Source of the DNA: Carcharhinus amblyrhynchos
Lineage: Eukaryota
DNA: 64,000 nucleotides
Assembly (NCBI GenBank): GCA_965287045.1
Contig: OZ336870.1
Span: forward strand, 86,490,001-86,554,000
Direction: 5' to 3'
The position numbers and the translations under genes are program-made. This document shows, in pieces, positions 12,031-23,250 of this stretch (within the stretch, counting starts at the first letter, position 1; the number at the start of each line of letters is the position of its first letter). The notes below the pieces were generated by a model. The model ran no database searches. It saw nothing but the letters and a program-made list of their open reading frames with translations, and was not told the origin of the DNA.

Positions 12031-14826
12031 GAATCCAGGTCTTTCTTGACCAGGGTGCACATGCATTTCTAGAATGAGATCAGGAACAATAATTTGTCTG
12101 TTGTTCCTTCAGCTTTTTCCTATTGTTAGAGATGTCCCTAACAGTTGTGGACAGTGATCAGGTTTGTGTGCAAGAATACAAGTTAACTCATGTCCTGCTT
12201 CCCTTGAAGGAGTGAGCTGGAAGTAGAATAGTGACTGCCTTTCACCCCATTGTCCAGAAAACCACGAGGTGTTGTTATATTGCCACTTTGTGGAAATTAA
12301 TTACTTGAGTTGAAACTAGCACTGACAACTGAAGAATTATTAAATCAAGCATCACTAACTTGGTACACAACAGTGTTGCTATTATCACCAGCTTGTGTTA
12401 ACACAACTAAGACTGTTTCAAAATTATATCAAAATACTGCCCCACAAAGAAAAATATAGAACTCCATCTGACAAATAAAGTTGCAAACCAGTCAAAGAAT
12501 TAAAGATGATGCTTCTGAACCCTTCAAAGTATGTTGTGCTTTGACTTGGTCAAAACCAGATTAATTCTTTACAATCAGTGTGTTACATGTTAACAAATGT
12601 GGTGTGTAGATCTGGTTCTTAAATATTGATAATGGGAAGGTTGAGGTTTGAGACTAAAATCTGTTAATTGAACTTGAATGGATGTCTTTTTAAAATATAT
12701 AACAACATCATTTGTTAACAACCCTGGTGAAATCAGTTTGCTGCTATAAATTGGAACATCTGTCACTTCCTAGATCTTTGCACTTCACCCATCTGGACAG
12801 GGTTTTGTTGAAGTCCAGGTCATTAGCATTTGCCTTGTCTACTTTTCTGCTTCAGTAGCTGTTTTGATCTCTTCGAGCATGCTATAAATCTTGCTTATAT
12901 TGTTGCACCTCTAAACTATGTCAGAGCAATAATTTCCATGACAAAAGAGACTTAATTTTTTAAAAAAGTGTGAAACATAACTATGATTTTGGTAGCTGTA
13001 CAAGTACACAATTTCCTTGGTAATTACAGACATTCATTTCTTTCATTGTTTGTGGTTCTAATTTGGCATAAAATATTTCTGACTCAGCTCACTAATTGCT
13101 GCTTTTCTTCATGAATGTCCTTTCTAAACAAACTAGATTCCACTTTATGTGGGGGAAGGAGAAGACTTTGAAGGATTTGCTGCAGCAATAATGTAAAAAA
13201 GTGCTGTTGCAAAATAAAACCATAACCTAGTCTATTTGCCATGTGGAGAATGTAGTTCAACAATTAAAAAGTATGAAATGACATTGGCAATTTTGGACAC
13301 AAGTTTAAACAGCTTGTTAACTAATCTTGGAGTTTATGAAAAACTAGCAGGGATTGGAATGCTTCTTGTACAATGTTGCAAATTATGTCCTAAAATCCTA
13401 TTCTGTTATCAATAAAATCTTTGTTATGAACTGTTGATGGACAGCGCAAACATATTTATTTTGACCAAGAGATTTTGATGAGGAACTGTCTTCCTTATTT
13501 GCTTTAAATTTTGATTCAGTGAATGTTCAACTTTTTAGTTGTAGAAAGGGGACTGCAGTAACTACCATCACATTAAAGCTGGTTTGGATATCAGGAAATT
13601 TGAGAAGAAACCATTAGTTTCATTATGGCTTTTTTCAAGAGCTCAGCCCAGTGCTAATTTGAGCTGCACTGAAACCCATCTTTGGGTATTTTTTCGTGAT
13701 ACAGATTCACACCTAAATCATTGAAAGTGGCTAGGATAAATGTTAACTTACTGCTGTGCAGATGTTTTGAAACCAAATTTACTGTGATGTACACAGGTAT
13801 TTCTGGGCAACTTTTAAATATTCAAACCTTGGTTTGAACTTTAATTATAAAAAGATTGCATTGATCTCCTGCACAAGATCAAAAATTACAACAAATAAAT
13901 TGTGAAGTAGTTTCGTGTAAGTAATTGTCAGTGAATTAATGTGAACACTTAAGAATCTAAAAAATAATATCCCTTCTGTATCTGTAAAGAAAAACATGCG
14001 AATTAACAATGTTGGAGATGCACAGAAATAAGCCAGTGCAGTATGAAAGCTTACTGTTAATTGTGTAGTGGTCAGAAAAAAATGTATGAAGCAATTAGTG
14101 CATTCCAGAAAACAAGTTCATGCTTTAAACCACAAACTGGCAAGAAACTTTATTGCTGAAGTATTAATAGTTCACAACAAGTTTAATACAGTAATGTCTT
14201 TGAATGGTAATCTTTAGGATCTAGTGGCTGTATTTGATTCAGATTTTTTTTTGTCTTGGACAGATGTTTGATTTCATGTCTGTTAATATGATAAGATTTG
14301 AGAGATAATTATGAAAAATGACCAAGTCTAGGTCTTCTGAAAGCCTGTTTTTAATTTGATACCTCTGAGGTACAGTACTGATGGCCAACTTGACCAACAT
14401 CTGAAACTATTTCACTGATCAACTCTTTTAAGGAAAATGGTTTGCTTTTCATGTATATTGTGAAAAGGAATTGAGATGTAAGAAATGGAAATAAATATTT
14501 ATTAAAAGGTTATACACTCGTCTTTTAAGTATAATAAGGTTTCATCAAGAGCTGCTGATAAGCAGAAAAACTTTGTGTTTGCATCAGTGGAACTAAATCT
14601 TTCATTCAATCCATCATCACATGAGATGAAAGTGTTGTGGCAATATTTTTCTGGTGCAGATCATTTTTTTCTGCCTGGTTTTTGTGAACTACAGTGATTT
14701 TATTGTACTAGCTTCAGCTAGTTTGAGTAATTAGATGGCGATTTTTGAGAGTTCAAAAATACACCATTCGCTCTCAGGTGATGGCTGAAGGCAAAGGCTT
14801 TTCATTTTGTAAAGACATTTTGAAAA

Positions 14827-15143
14827 TCATAGAATCCCAGCGATAAATGGCAGATGGAGTTTAATTTAGTGCAGAAGGAGGCCATAGGCCCATCAAGTCT
14901 GCACCATCCCCAGTCCCATCCAGGCTCTATTCCTGTAACCCCACGAGTTTACCTGGCTGATCCCCGACACTTGGGTCAATTTAGCATGGCCAGTCTACCT
15001 AACCTGCACATCTTTGGATGTGGGAGGAAACTCATCAGACACGAGGAGAATGTGTAAATTCCCCACAGACAGTGACCCGAGGCTGGAATTGAACCCGGGT
15101 CCCTGGCACTGCGAGGCAGCAGTGCTAACCACTGTGTCGCCGC
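14827..15143 (-). mobile_element. HE1-type V-SINE
   Basis: Minus-strand tRNA head (cagtggttagcactgctgcctc...gggacccgggttcaattcc), V-domain (ccaaagatgtgcaggttagg) and ttctatga tail. Confidence 0.9.
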
Positions 15144-15619
15144 TATAGCTTTCTATATCATTCATCACATGTCGTAGAGAGCCTTCGAAGGAATGAAAGT
15201 AACCAGATGAAGAAATTTAGGGATGCATGATAGAGAAGTAGTTGAAGAGAAAGTTTTCAGAAAGTTTTAGGTATCAAGGCAAAATGTTTTTGGAGAGTTT
15301 CCTTGGTGGTGCGGTTAGCTGAAAGATTTATCTCCTGTGATGAAGAAGTGTGAGCAAAGGACCATGTAATGATCCTGATCAGAGGATTGAAGATTAGGAC
15401 TCGAACAGTTTCCAATTAAGGCCATGAAGAATTTGTAGATGAGGATGGGGATTTTGAAAAGGCATGAGTAGGATGAGGAGGAGACTGTGGAACTTGGAAG
15501 GAATGGGGTGACAGCATGTGTGCTTTTCTTTGGGAGAGCAGTTAAATTGCAAAGTTCTGAACAGATGAATTCTATAAAGGGTCGACTTATGCATGCCTAC
15601 AAAGAGAAAACATTTAGAG

Positions 15620-17250
15620 GTCATAAAAGTTTACAGCATGGAAACAGGCCCTTCGGCCCAACTTGTCCATGCTGTCCCCTTTTCTTTAAGCTAATCCCAG
15701 TTGTCCGCATTTGGCCCATATCCCTCTATACCCATCCTACCCATGTAACCAAATGTTTTTTTAAAAGACAAAATTGTACCTGCCTCTACTACTACCTCTG
15801 GTACCTTATTCCAGACACTCGCCATCCTCTGTGTGGGGAAAAAATTGCCCTCTGGACCCTTTTGTATCTCTCCCCTCTCAACTTAAATCTATGCTGTCTA
15901 GTTTTAGACTCCCCTACATTTGGGAAAAGATATTGACTTTCTAGCTGATCTATGCCTCTCATTATTTTATAGACTTCTATAAGATCACCCCTTAGCCTCC
16001 TATGCTCCAGAGAAAGAAGTCCCAGTCTATCCAACCCCTCCTTATAACTCAAATAACCAAGGCCCGGTTGCATCCTAGTAAATCTTTTCTGCATTCTTTC
16101 TAGTTTAATAATATCCTTTCTGCAATAAGGTGACCAGAATTGCACACAGTATTCCCAGTGTGACTGTACCAATGTCTTGTACAACTTCAACAAGACGTTC
16201 CAACTCCTGTATTCACTGTCCTGACCAATGAAACCAAGCATGCCTAATGCCTTCTTCACCACTCTGTCCACCTGTGACTCCACTTTCAAGGAGCTATAAA
16301 CCTGTCGCCCTCGATCTCTTTGTTCTGTAACTCTCCCCAATGCCCTACCATTAACTGAGTAAGTCCTGCCCTGGTTCAGTCTACCAAACTGCATCACCTC
16401 GCATTTATCTAAATTAAACTCCATCTGCCATTCACCAGCCTACTGGCCCAGTTGATCATGATCCCGTTGCAATCCTAGATAACCTTCACAGTCCATTATG
16501 CCACCAATCTTGGTGTCACCTGCAAATGTACTAACAATGCCTCCTATATTCTCAACCAGATCATTAATATAAATGACAAGTAACAGTGGACTCAGCACCG
16601 ATCCCTGAGGCACACCTCTGGTCACAGGTTTCCAGTTTGAAAAACAACCCTCTGCAACTACCCACTGACTTCTATCGTCAAGCCAATTTTGTATCCATTT
16701 AGCTACCTCACCCTGGATCCCGTGGGATTTAATCTTATGCAACAACCTACCATGTGGTACCTTGTCAAAGGCCTTGCTAAAATCCATGTAGACAACATCA
16801 ACTGCACTGCCCTCATCTACCTTCTTGGTCACCTCTTCAAAAAACTCGATCAAATTTGTGACACGTAATTTGCCATTCACAAAGCCATGCTGACTGTCCC
16901 TAATCAGTCCTTGCATCTCTAAATGCCTGTACATACTGTCTCTCAAAATACTTCCAACAACTTACCCACCACAGATGTGAGGTTCATCGGCCAGTAATTC
17001 CCAGGCCTTTCCCTGCAGCCCTTTTTAAACAAAGGTACAACGTTTGCCACCCTCCAATTTTCAGGCACCTTACCTGTGACTATTGATACTTCAGATATCT
17101 TTCTAGGCGACCCGCAATTTCCTCTCAAGCCTGCCACAATGTTCTGGGGTACAATTCATCAGGGCCTGGGGATTTATCTACCTTGATGTGTTTTAAGACT
17201 TCCAGCACCACCACCTCTGTAATATGTACACTCCTCAAGTCATCACTATT
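15620..17250 (-). mobile_element. 5'-truncated CR1 LINE (second subfamily), frameshifted RT
   Basis: ORFs 15792-16424, 16440-16946 and 16943-17137 with [21 protein letters not shown], a degenerate FAGD catalytic motif, and EYCVQFWSP. Confidence 0.95.
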
Positions 17251-18544
17251 CATTTCCCCACACACTATTTGTGTATATTGGGGCACTTTTTACTGAGCTG
17301 GGTCCTTTGAGTTGAAGATACCTGTCTTTGTAGCCAAGATCCAATCCCATATCAACATTTATGAATGGCTTAGGTAAGTACTTGAAGAGAAGAGGATTAA
17401 AGGGCTTGGGAATAGGATGGGCAGATGGCATTGAGATTACGTCTTAAGTAGAAGATAAATATCAACACTGAAAAAGTGGGTTGAATTTTGTTTTCATTTT
17501 AAGTAGTAACATGTTCATTTAGCAAAAATAAAAATTCTCTCAAATAAAGGGTTACCAGTTTTGGAAAGTCTGAGTCCTGCTTAGTTTAACTAGATGACTT
17601 TCAATAGCACGATTAAAGTAAACAAAGCAAACAAGTAATTACTGAGGTACCAGATTTCTCTCTGTCAAGTGGTTTTGTGAGTTGCTCCACTTCTAGTGTA
17701 TTACTAGTGGCAAACATAAAATATAATCATATCCAGCAGTTATTGGGTGCGATTTTTCAGCTTGCATTCTCCGTCAGAAAGAAGGCAACATGAGTTGAAA
17801 ATCCAGAGAGATTTGGGAAAAGTGATTCTCTCTGAAAAGATTGTGTTCTGTGATTTTTTTTTTTCCCCTGTCCCTCAGCACTGACGTTGAGATGATCAAG
17901 GCCACAGCCAATTTGATTCACGCTTATCAAAAAATGGCTCAAGGCACTGACAAAGGGCCCTGACAATATTCTAGCAATAGTACTACAAGCATGCTCCAGA
18001 ACTTGTCGTACCTACAGCTATAGCAGTAGCATCTACTGGGCAATGTAGAAAATTGCCCATGTATGTCCTGTACATACAAAGCAAGCCAATTACCGCTCCT
18101 CAGTGTACCCTCAATCATTGATGAAGTGATGGAAGGGACCATCAACAATGCAATCAAGTGGCACTTGCTTAACAATAACCTCCTCACTGACGTTCAATTT
18201 GGGTTCTACCAGTACCATTCAGCTCTTGACTTCATTACATCCTTGGTTCAAACATGGACAAAAGAGCTGAGCTCCAGAGGTGAGGTGAGAGTGACTGCCC
18301 TTGATATCAAGGCTGCATTTGACTGAGTACAGCATCAAGAAGCCCTCGCAAAGGGTGGGGAGAGTGGTGGAGTCTCACCTAGCACAAAGGAAGATGGTTG
18401 TGGCTGTTGGAGGTCAATCATCTTCAGTTCCAGGACATCAGTGCAGGTGTTCCTGAGGGTCCCTGGCCCAACCATTTTAGCTGCTTCATCAATAAACTCC
18501 CTTCCATTAGAAGGTCAGAAGTGGGGACATTCACTGTTCTGTTC

Positions 18545-18850
18545 TTTTTCAAAATCATTAATGGGATGTGGATGTCACCAGCGGTGCCTTTTATTTGTTG
18601 CACATCCCTGAGGACTTTTTTTATGTGACTCTAGATCCTCTTTAAAGGCCAGTTAAGATAAGGATGACAGATTTCCTTCCCTAAAGGACATGAGTAATCC
18701 AATGTGTTTCTGTGACAATCAGTAATGGTTTCATGGTCATCATTAGACTTTAAGTTCAGTAAAAATCTGGATTTATAATTTCACCATCTGTTGTGGGATT
18801 CAAACCCAGATACTCAAAGCATTACCCTGGGCCTTTGGATTACGTCCAGT
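18545..18850 (-). mobile_element. tRNA-derived SINE (same family as 3597-3965)
   Basis: Reverse complement of the 3597-3965 body (atttccttccctaaaggac; ggtttcatggtcatc) and a B-box. Confidence 0.75.
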
Positions 18851-18851
18851 C

Positions 18852-18941
18852 CATCTCCATCATCTCCATCATCTCCATCATCTCCATCATCTCCATCATC
18901 TCCATCATCTCCATCATCTCCATCATCTCCATCATCTCCAT
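18852..18941. repeat. Perfect 9-bp tandem repeat (CATCTCCAT)x10
   Basis: Directly visible. Produces the spurious SSP/ISI repeat ORFs. Confidence 0.95.
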
Positions 18942-19939
18942 GCATTTCCTCCACAGTGGCAGCAGTGTGTACCATCTACAAGATGCACAGCTGGAGCCCA
19001 CCTAGGCTCTTTAGAGAGCACCTTCCAAACCCAAGATCACTACCAACTAGATGGAGAAGGACAGCAGATACATGGGTGTTGCCCTCCAAGCCACTCAGCA
19101 TCCTGACTTGGAAATATGTGGCTGTTCCTTTTGTGTCGTTGGGTCAAAATCCTGGGACTCCCTTCCTAATATCATTGTTGGATCACCTACACCACATGGA
19201 CTGCAGCGATTCAAGCGGGCAGCTCACCACCACTTTTGCAAGGACAGTTAGGATTGGTAGTGAATTCTGGCCTCTCCAGTGAAGCACGCATCCTTTTAGT
19301 GAATAAAAAAATTGTCAGCAGAACTTATGTTATAAACTTTGGAATGTGCATTGGCACATCCAGCATAAATAGATATAGTCTTGAGCCACTTGGACGGGTG
19401 TTCCGTAAAAGAATGTACATCCGTTTCACTTACTGCAGTGCACATTTGTTGAACTACCCTGAATGCATTTAAAAACTAGTGTGTCCCACTAAAAGTGCAG
19501 CATTCCAACTTTCATTTTAGAACAATTGATTCAATTTCAACTCACAGCGGCAACCAATATTTTACTGCATTTAATGTAATTTTTGGCTCAAACTGAGCAG
19601 ATTTGCATACACTTTTTTTAAACATAGAACATCTGTTTTCAGCTGAAAACAGACCTTGTAAGTCTGTTGGTTGTGGTGTTTAAGAAAGTGAGATTGCCTT
19701 GAGACTGCTGTGCTTGGTAACTCCTACTGGAACAAGTAGTTTTTAGTGTTCAAGTAAAACAGAATAAAATTCAAGACTGAAGAAGAATTTAAAGTCTCTT
19801 ATAGGAGAGGTAACCATCAAAATTGATACAGACCTTTATACTTTTAGTAGGTTTACCTGCTCATCAGGGAAACAAATGCACTGGCAAAAAAAAGCTGATG
19901 TTAATGAGGATGTTGTGGGAGAATTGCTCAATTTAATAA

Positions 19940-20555
19940 ATTTGATTTGATTTATTATTGTCATATGTATTATCACACAGTGGAAAGTATTGTTTCATGC
20001 GTGCTATACAAACAGAACATAGCATTCAGAGAGAAAAAAACGAGAGAGTGCAGAGTGTAGTGTTACAGTGTAGAAAAAGATCAACTTAATGCAGGGTAGT
20101 CCATTCAAAAGTTAGCAACAGGGAAAAGCTGTTCTTGAGTTGGTTGGTACGTGACCTCAGACTTTTGTATCTTTTTCCCCGAAGGAAGAAGGCGGAAGAG
20201 AGAATGTCTTGGGTGTGTGGGGTCCTTAATTATGCTGGCTGCTTTGCCGAAGCAGCAGGAGGTGTAGACAGAGTCAGTGGATGGGAGCTGGTTTGCGTGA
20301 TGGATTGGGCTACATTCATGATCTTGTGTAGATCCTTCTGGTCTTGGGCAGAGCAGTAGCCACACCAAGCTGTGATACAACCAGAAAGAATGCTTTCTAT
20401 GGTGCTTCTGTAAAAGTTGGTGGAAGTCGTAGCTGATGTGCCAAATTTCCTTAGTCTTCTGAGAAAGTAGAAGAGTTGGTGAATTTTCTTAACTATAGTG
20501 TCGACATGGGGGGACCAGGACAGGTTGTTGGTGATCTGGACACCTAAAGACTTGA
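19940..20555 (-). mobile_element. Rex1/Babar-clade LINE 3' fragment
   Basis: Homologous to 40713-41264. KAASIIKDPTHP..HSLF.LLPSG motif. (aaatc)n tail. Confidence 0.85.
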
Positions 20556-20809
20556 ATTAAATTAAATTTCATATTCTGTGGCATCACTCCGCAGGTCTCT
20601 TTTCTCCTTAGCAGACTTCCCACAGCTGTTGACTAGGCTTCAGTAGACTGCATATAAATTGCACCCCAATTTGATGCATTATATTTGACATTTAAATGTC
20701 TAACTGAAGGTAAAGAAAATGACAAATGGATGTGAAAGCTAGTGGGATAAAATTTCCACTTACAAATGGAACACTGAATCTAAATTGCACTTGAAATTCT
20801 AATTTTTCT

Positions 20810-21050
20810 GAAGTAGGAATCGGGTAAGTGAGTATTTTTGTTTCTTTTTCTTTGTATAATTTATTAGTGATTGCAAAGTTTTATTAATAGTCGTAAGGTG
20901 TACCAGCAGTAGTAAAGCTTTATTGGGAGTATTAGGGTTTATTCATTAAGAAAAATAATAAATTAATAAACACATAGTAAAGATTGCAGGACAGGTAATG
21001 GATTGTGACTGCAGGATGTGGGGACTCCTGAACAGCAGTATGATCCAGGT
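20810..21050 (+). mobile_element. Possible CR1 5'UTR/ORF1 start remnant
   Basis: gcaggacaggtaatg...tgtgactgcaggatgtgg resembles the CxxCxMW start of CR1 ORF1. Confidence 0.4.
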
Positions 21051-21784
21051 AAAGACGTTCCTAAAGATGTTAACTGGAAAATTAAATGCTGAAAAGCAAA
21101 AAGAAGAGAAAACAATGGAGCTAAAATCATGGATGGATGTGGAGGTTAATATTTTAAATGGTTACTTCACTAATGAATGCATGGAAGTAGAGCAAAAGAG
21201 TATTTTATCTAGTAGTAACCCCAAGACAATTAACAATTTTGATATAAATGAGACCAAAGGTCTAAAATAGGTAAAAATAACTCAAAATTAACAAGTTTTA
21301 AAGATCATTGTACCACATCTCCACACCTACCTGCATAAGACTAAATATCCCATTCAAATATCATTACATTTAGCAGGATCAGTAACATTACCGGACTGTG
21401 AACTGGGGAGGAAGTAGCTCATCATGTGAGGCTCGTCACAGCAGTCACACATCACTGCCTTACACTCATTATAATCCCATTTTCATGTTGTTTAAAGGAA
21501 TGACAAGTCCCAATAAATACATAAGCTGTATGGGAGCTGGCATTGAAGGAATGTTCATATTGTGGTCAGTTTGTTAATTAGTTTGAGAATCCTTCTACAA
21601 CTGATTGATTCTCAGGGTTAGTGACTTAGATCTGTGCATACTGAGAGGGACTGGGGAAAATTCTGAGGTGTTGCCAGTGATTATCAACTTTTGGGGGGAA
21701 ACAGTTAGCCATTTTGAGGAAAAAGTAACAAAACAGATTAACAATTACAGATCCATGACCCTCACCTAGTCCAATACTGGGATA

Positions 21785-23250
21785 AAAACATATTACTGCT
21801 GACGCTGGAATCTAAAAAAAATTGAAAATGCTGGAAAACTTCAGCAGGGCTGACAGCATCTGTGCAACATAAGAACATAAGAAATAGGAGCAGGAGTAGG
21901 CCATCCAGCCCTTCGAGCCTGCCCTGCCATTCAATAAGGTCATGGCTGATCTGAAGTGGCTCAGTTCCACTTTCCTGCTTTCTCCCCATAACCCTTAATC
22001 CCCTTGCCTACCAAAAACCTATCTACCTGTGACTTAAATATATTTTAGCGAGGTAGCCTCCACCACTTCAACGGGCAGAGAATTCCAGAGATTCACCACC
22101 CTTTGAGTGAAGAGGTTCCTCCGCAACTCTGTTCTAAACTGTCTCCCCCCCCCCCTTATCTTGAGGCTGTGCCCTCTACCCTATCCATCCCTTTCATCAT
22201 CTTATACGTCTCAATAAGATCCCCCCTCATCCTTCTAAACTCTAACGAGTACAAGCCCAGTCTATTCAGCCTCTCTTCATAGCTCAACCCCCTCAACTCC
22301 GGTATCAGCCTAGTGAACCTCCTCTGCACTCCCTCCAAGGCCAAAATATCCTTGCGCAAGTGCGGCAACCAAAACTGCACACAGTACTCCAGCTGCGGCC
22401 TCACCAGTGCCCTGTACAGTTGCAGCAAGACCTCCCAACTTTTACGTTCAATCCACCTCGCTATGAAGGCCAGCATCCCATTTGCCTTCCTGACCACCTG
22501 CTGCACCTGTAGGCTGGGTTTTTGCGACTCATGCACAAGGACCCCCAGGTCCCTCTGCACCGTAGCATGCTGCAGCTTTTCGCCCTGTAAGTAGTAGCCC
22601 TCCCTACTATTATTCCTACCAAAGTGGATAACCTCACACTTGCCAATATTGTATTCCATCTGCCAGGTCCTCGCCCACTCGCTCAGCCTATTCGGATTGG
22701 CGGTTGGTGACTAGTGGAGTGCCCCAGGGATCGGTGCTGGGGCCTCAGCTATTTACCATTTATATAGATGATCTGGAGGAGGGAGCCGAGTGTAAGGTAT
22801 CCCTCTGCAGACTTTCTACATCCTCCGCACAATTTGCTGTTCCACTTATCTTTGTGTCATCAGCAAATTTCGACACCTTACACTCGGCTCCCTTCTCCAG
22901 ATCATCTATATAAATGGTAATTAGCTGAGGCCCCAGCACCAATCCCTGGGGCACTCCACTAGTCACCAACCGCCAATCCGAATAGCACCCATTGACACCC
23001 ACTCTCTGCCTCCTATTTGACAGTCAATCCCCTATCCACGCTAACACCTTACCCCCAATTCCATGCCCCCTAACCTTCTGTAACAATCTTTTGTGCAGCA
23101 CCTTATCAAACCCCTTATTAAACGTGGAGAATGAATAGAGTTAACGTTTTGAGTCGAGATCTGATGAAGGGTCATTAAAATATTACCTCTGTTCTCTCTC
23201 TCCACAGATGCTGTCAGACTTGCTGAGATTTTCCAGTATATTCAGTTTTG
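21785..23250. mobile_element. PLE family 2 palindromic element split by a CR1 insertion (arms about 21785-21865 and 23124-23250)
   Basis: ctgacagcatctgtg|gtggag... left part is inverted relative to ctccacagatgctgtcag (about 23200-23218). CTGATGAAG core at 23161. Confidence 0.7.
21866..23116 (-). mobile_element. 5'-truncated CR1 LINE (family A) with an internal inverted duplication
   Basis: ORFs 22156-22659 and 22760-23002 (FADDTK). (aacataag)n tail at 21866. Inverted arms 22688-22798 / 22875-22985. Confidence 0.95.

Larger units (their letters stand above)
17935..19310 (+). mobile_element. LINE family B RT and 3' end, interrupted by a SINE and a 9-mer array
   Basis: ORF 18063-18326 has QFGF...SALD...ALDIKAAFD (RT). 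3' region CTIYKMH and ggactgcagcgattcaag. Tail ends at about 19310. Confidence 0.85.

Noticed and set aside
18791-19282. 163-aa SSP-repeat ORF and the overlapping ISI-repeat ORF
   Set aside because: Read-through of a SINE head, a 9-bp tandem repeat and a LINE fragment. Not a gene.
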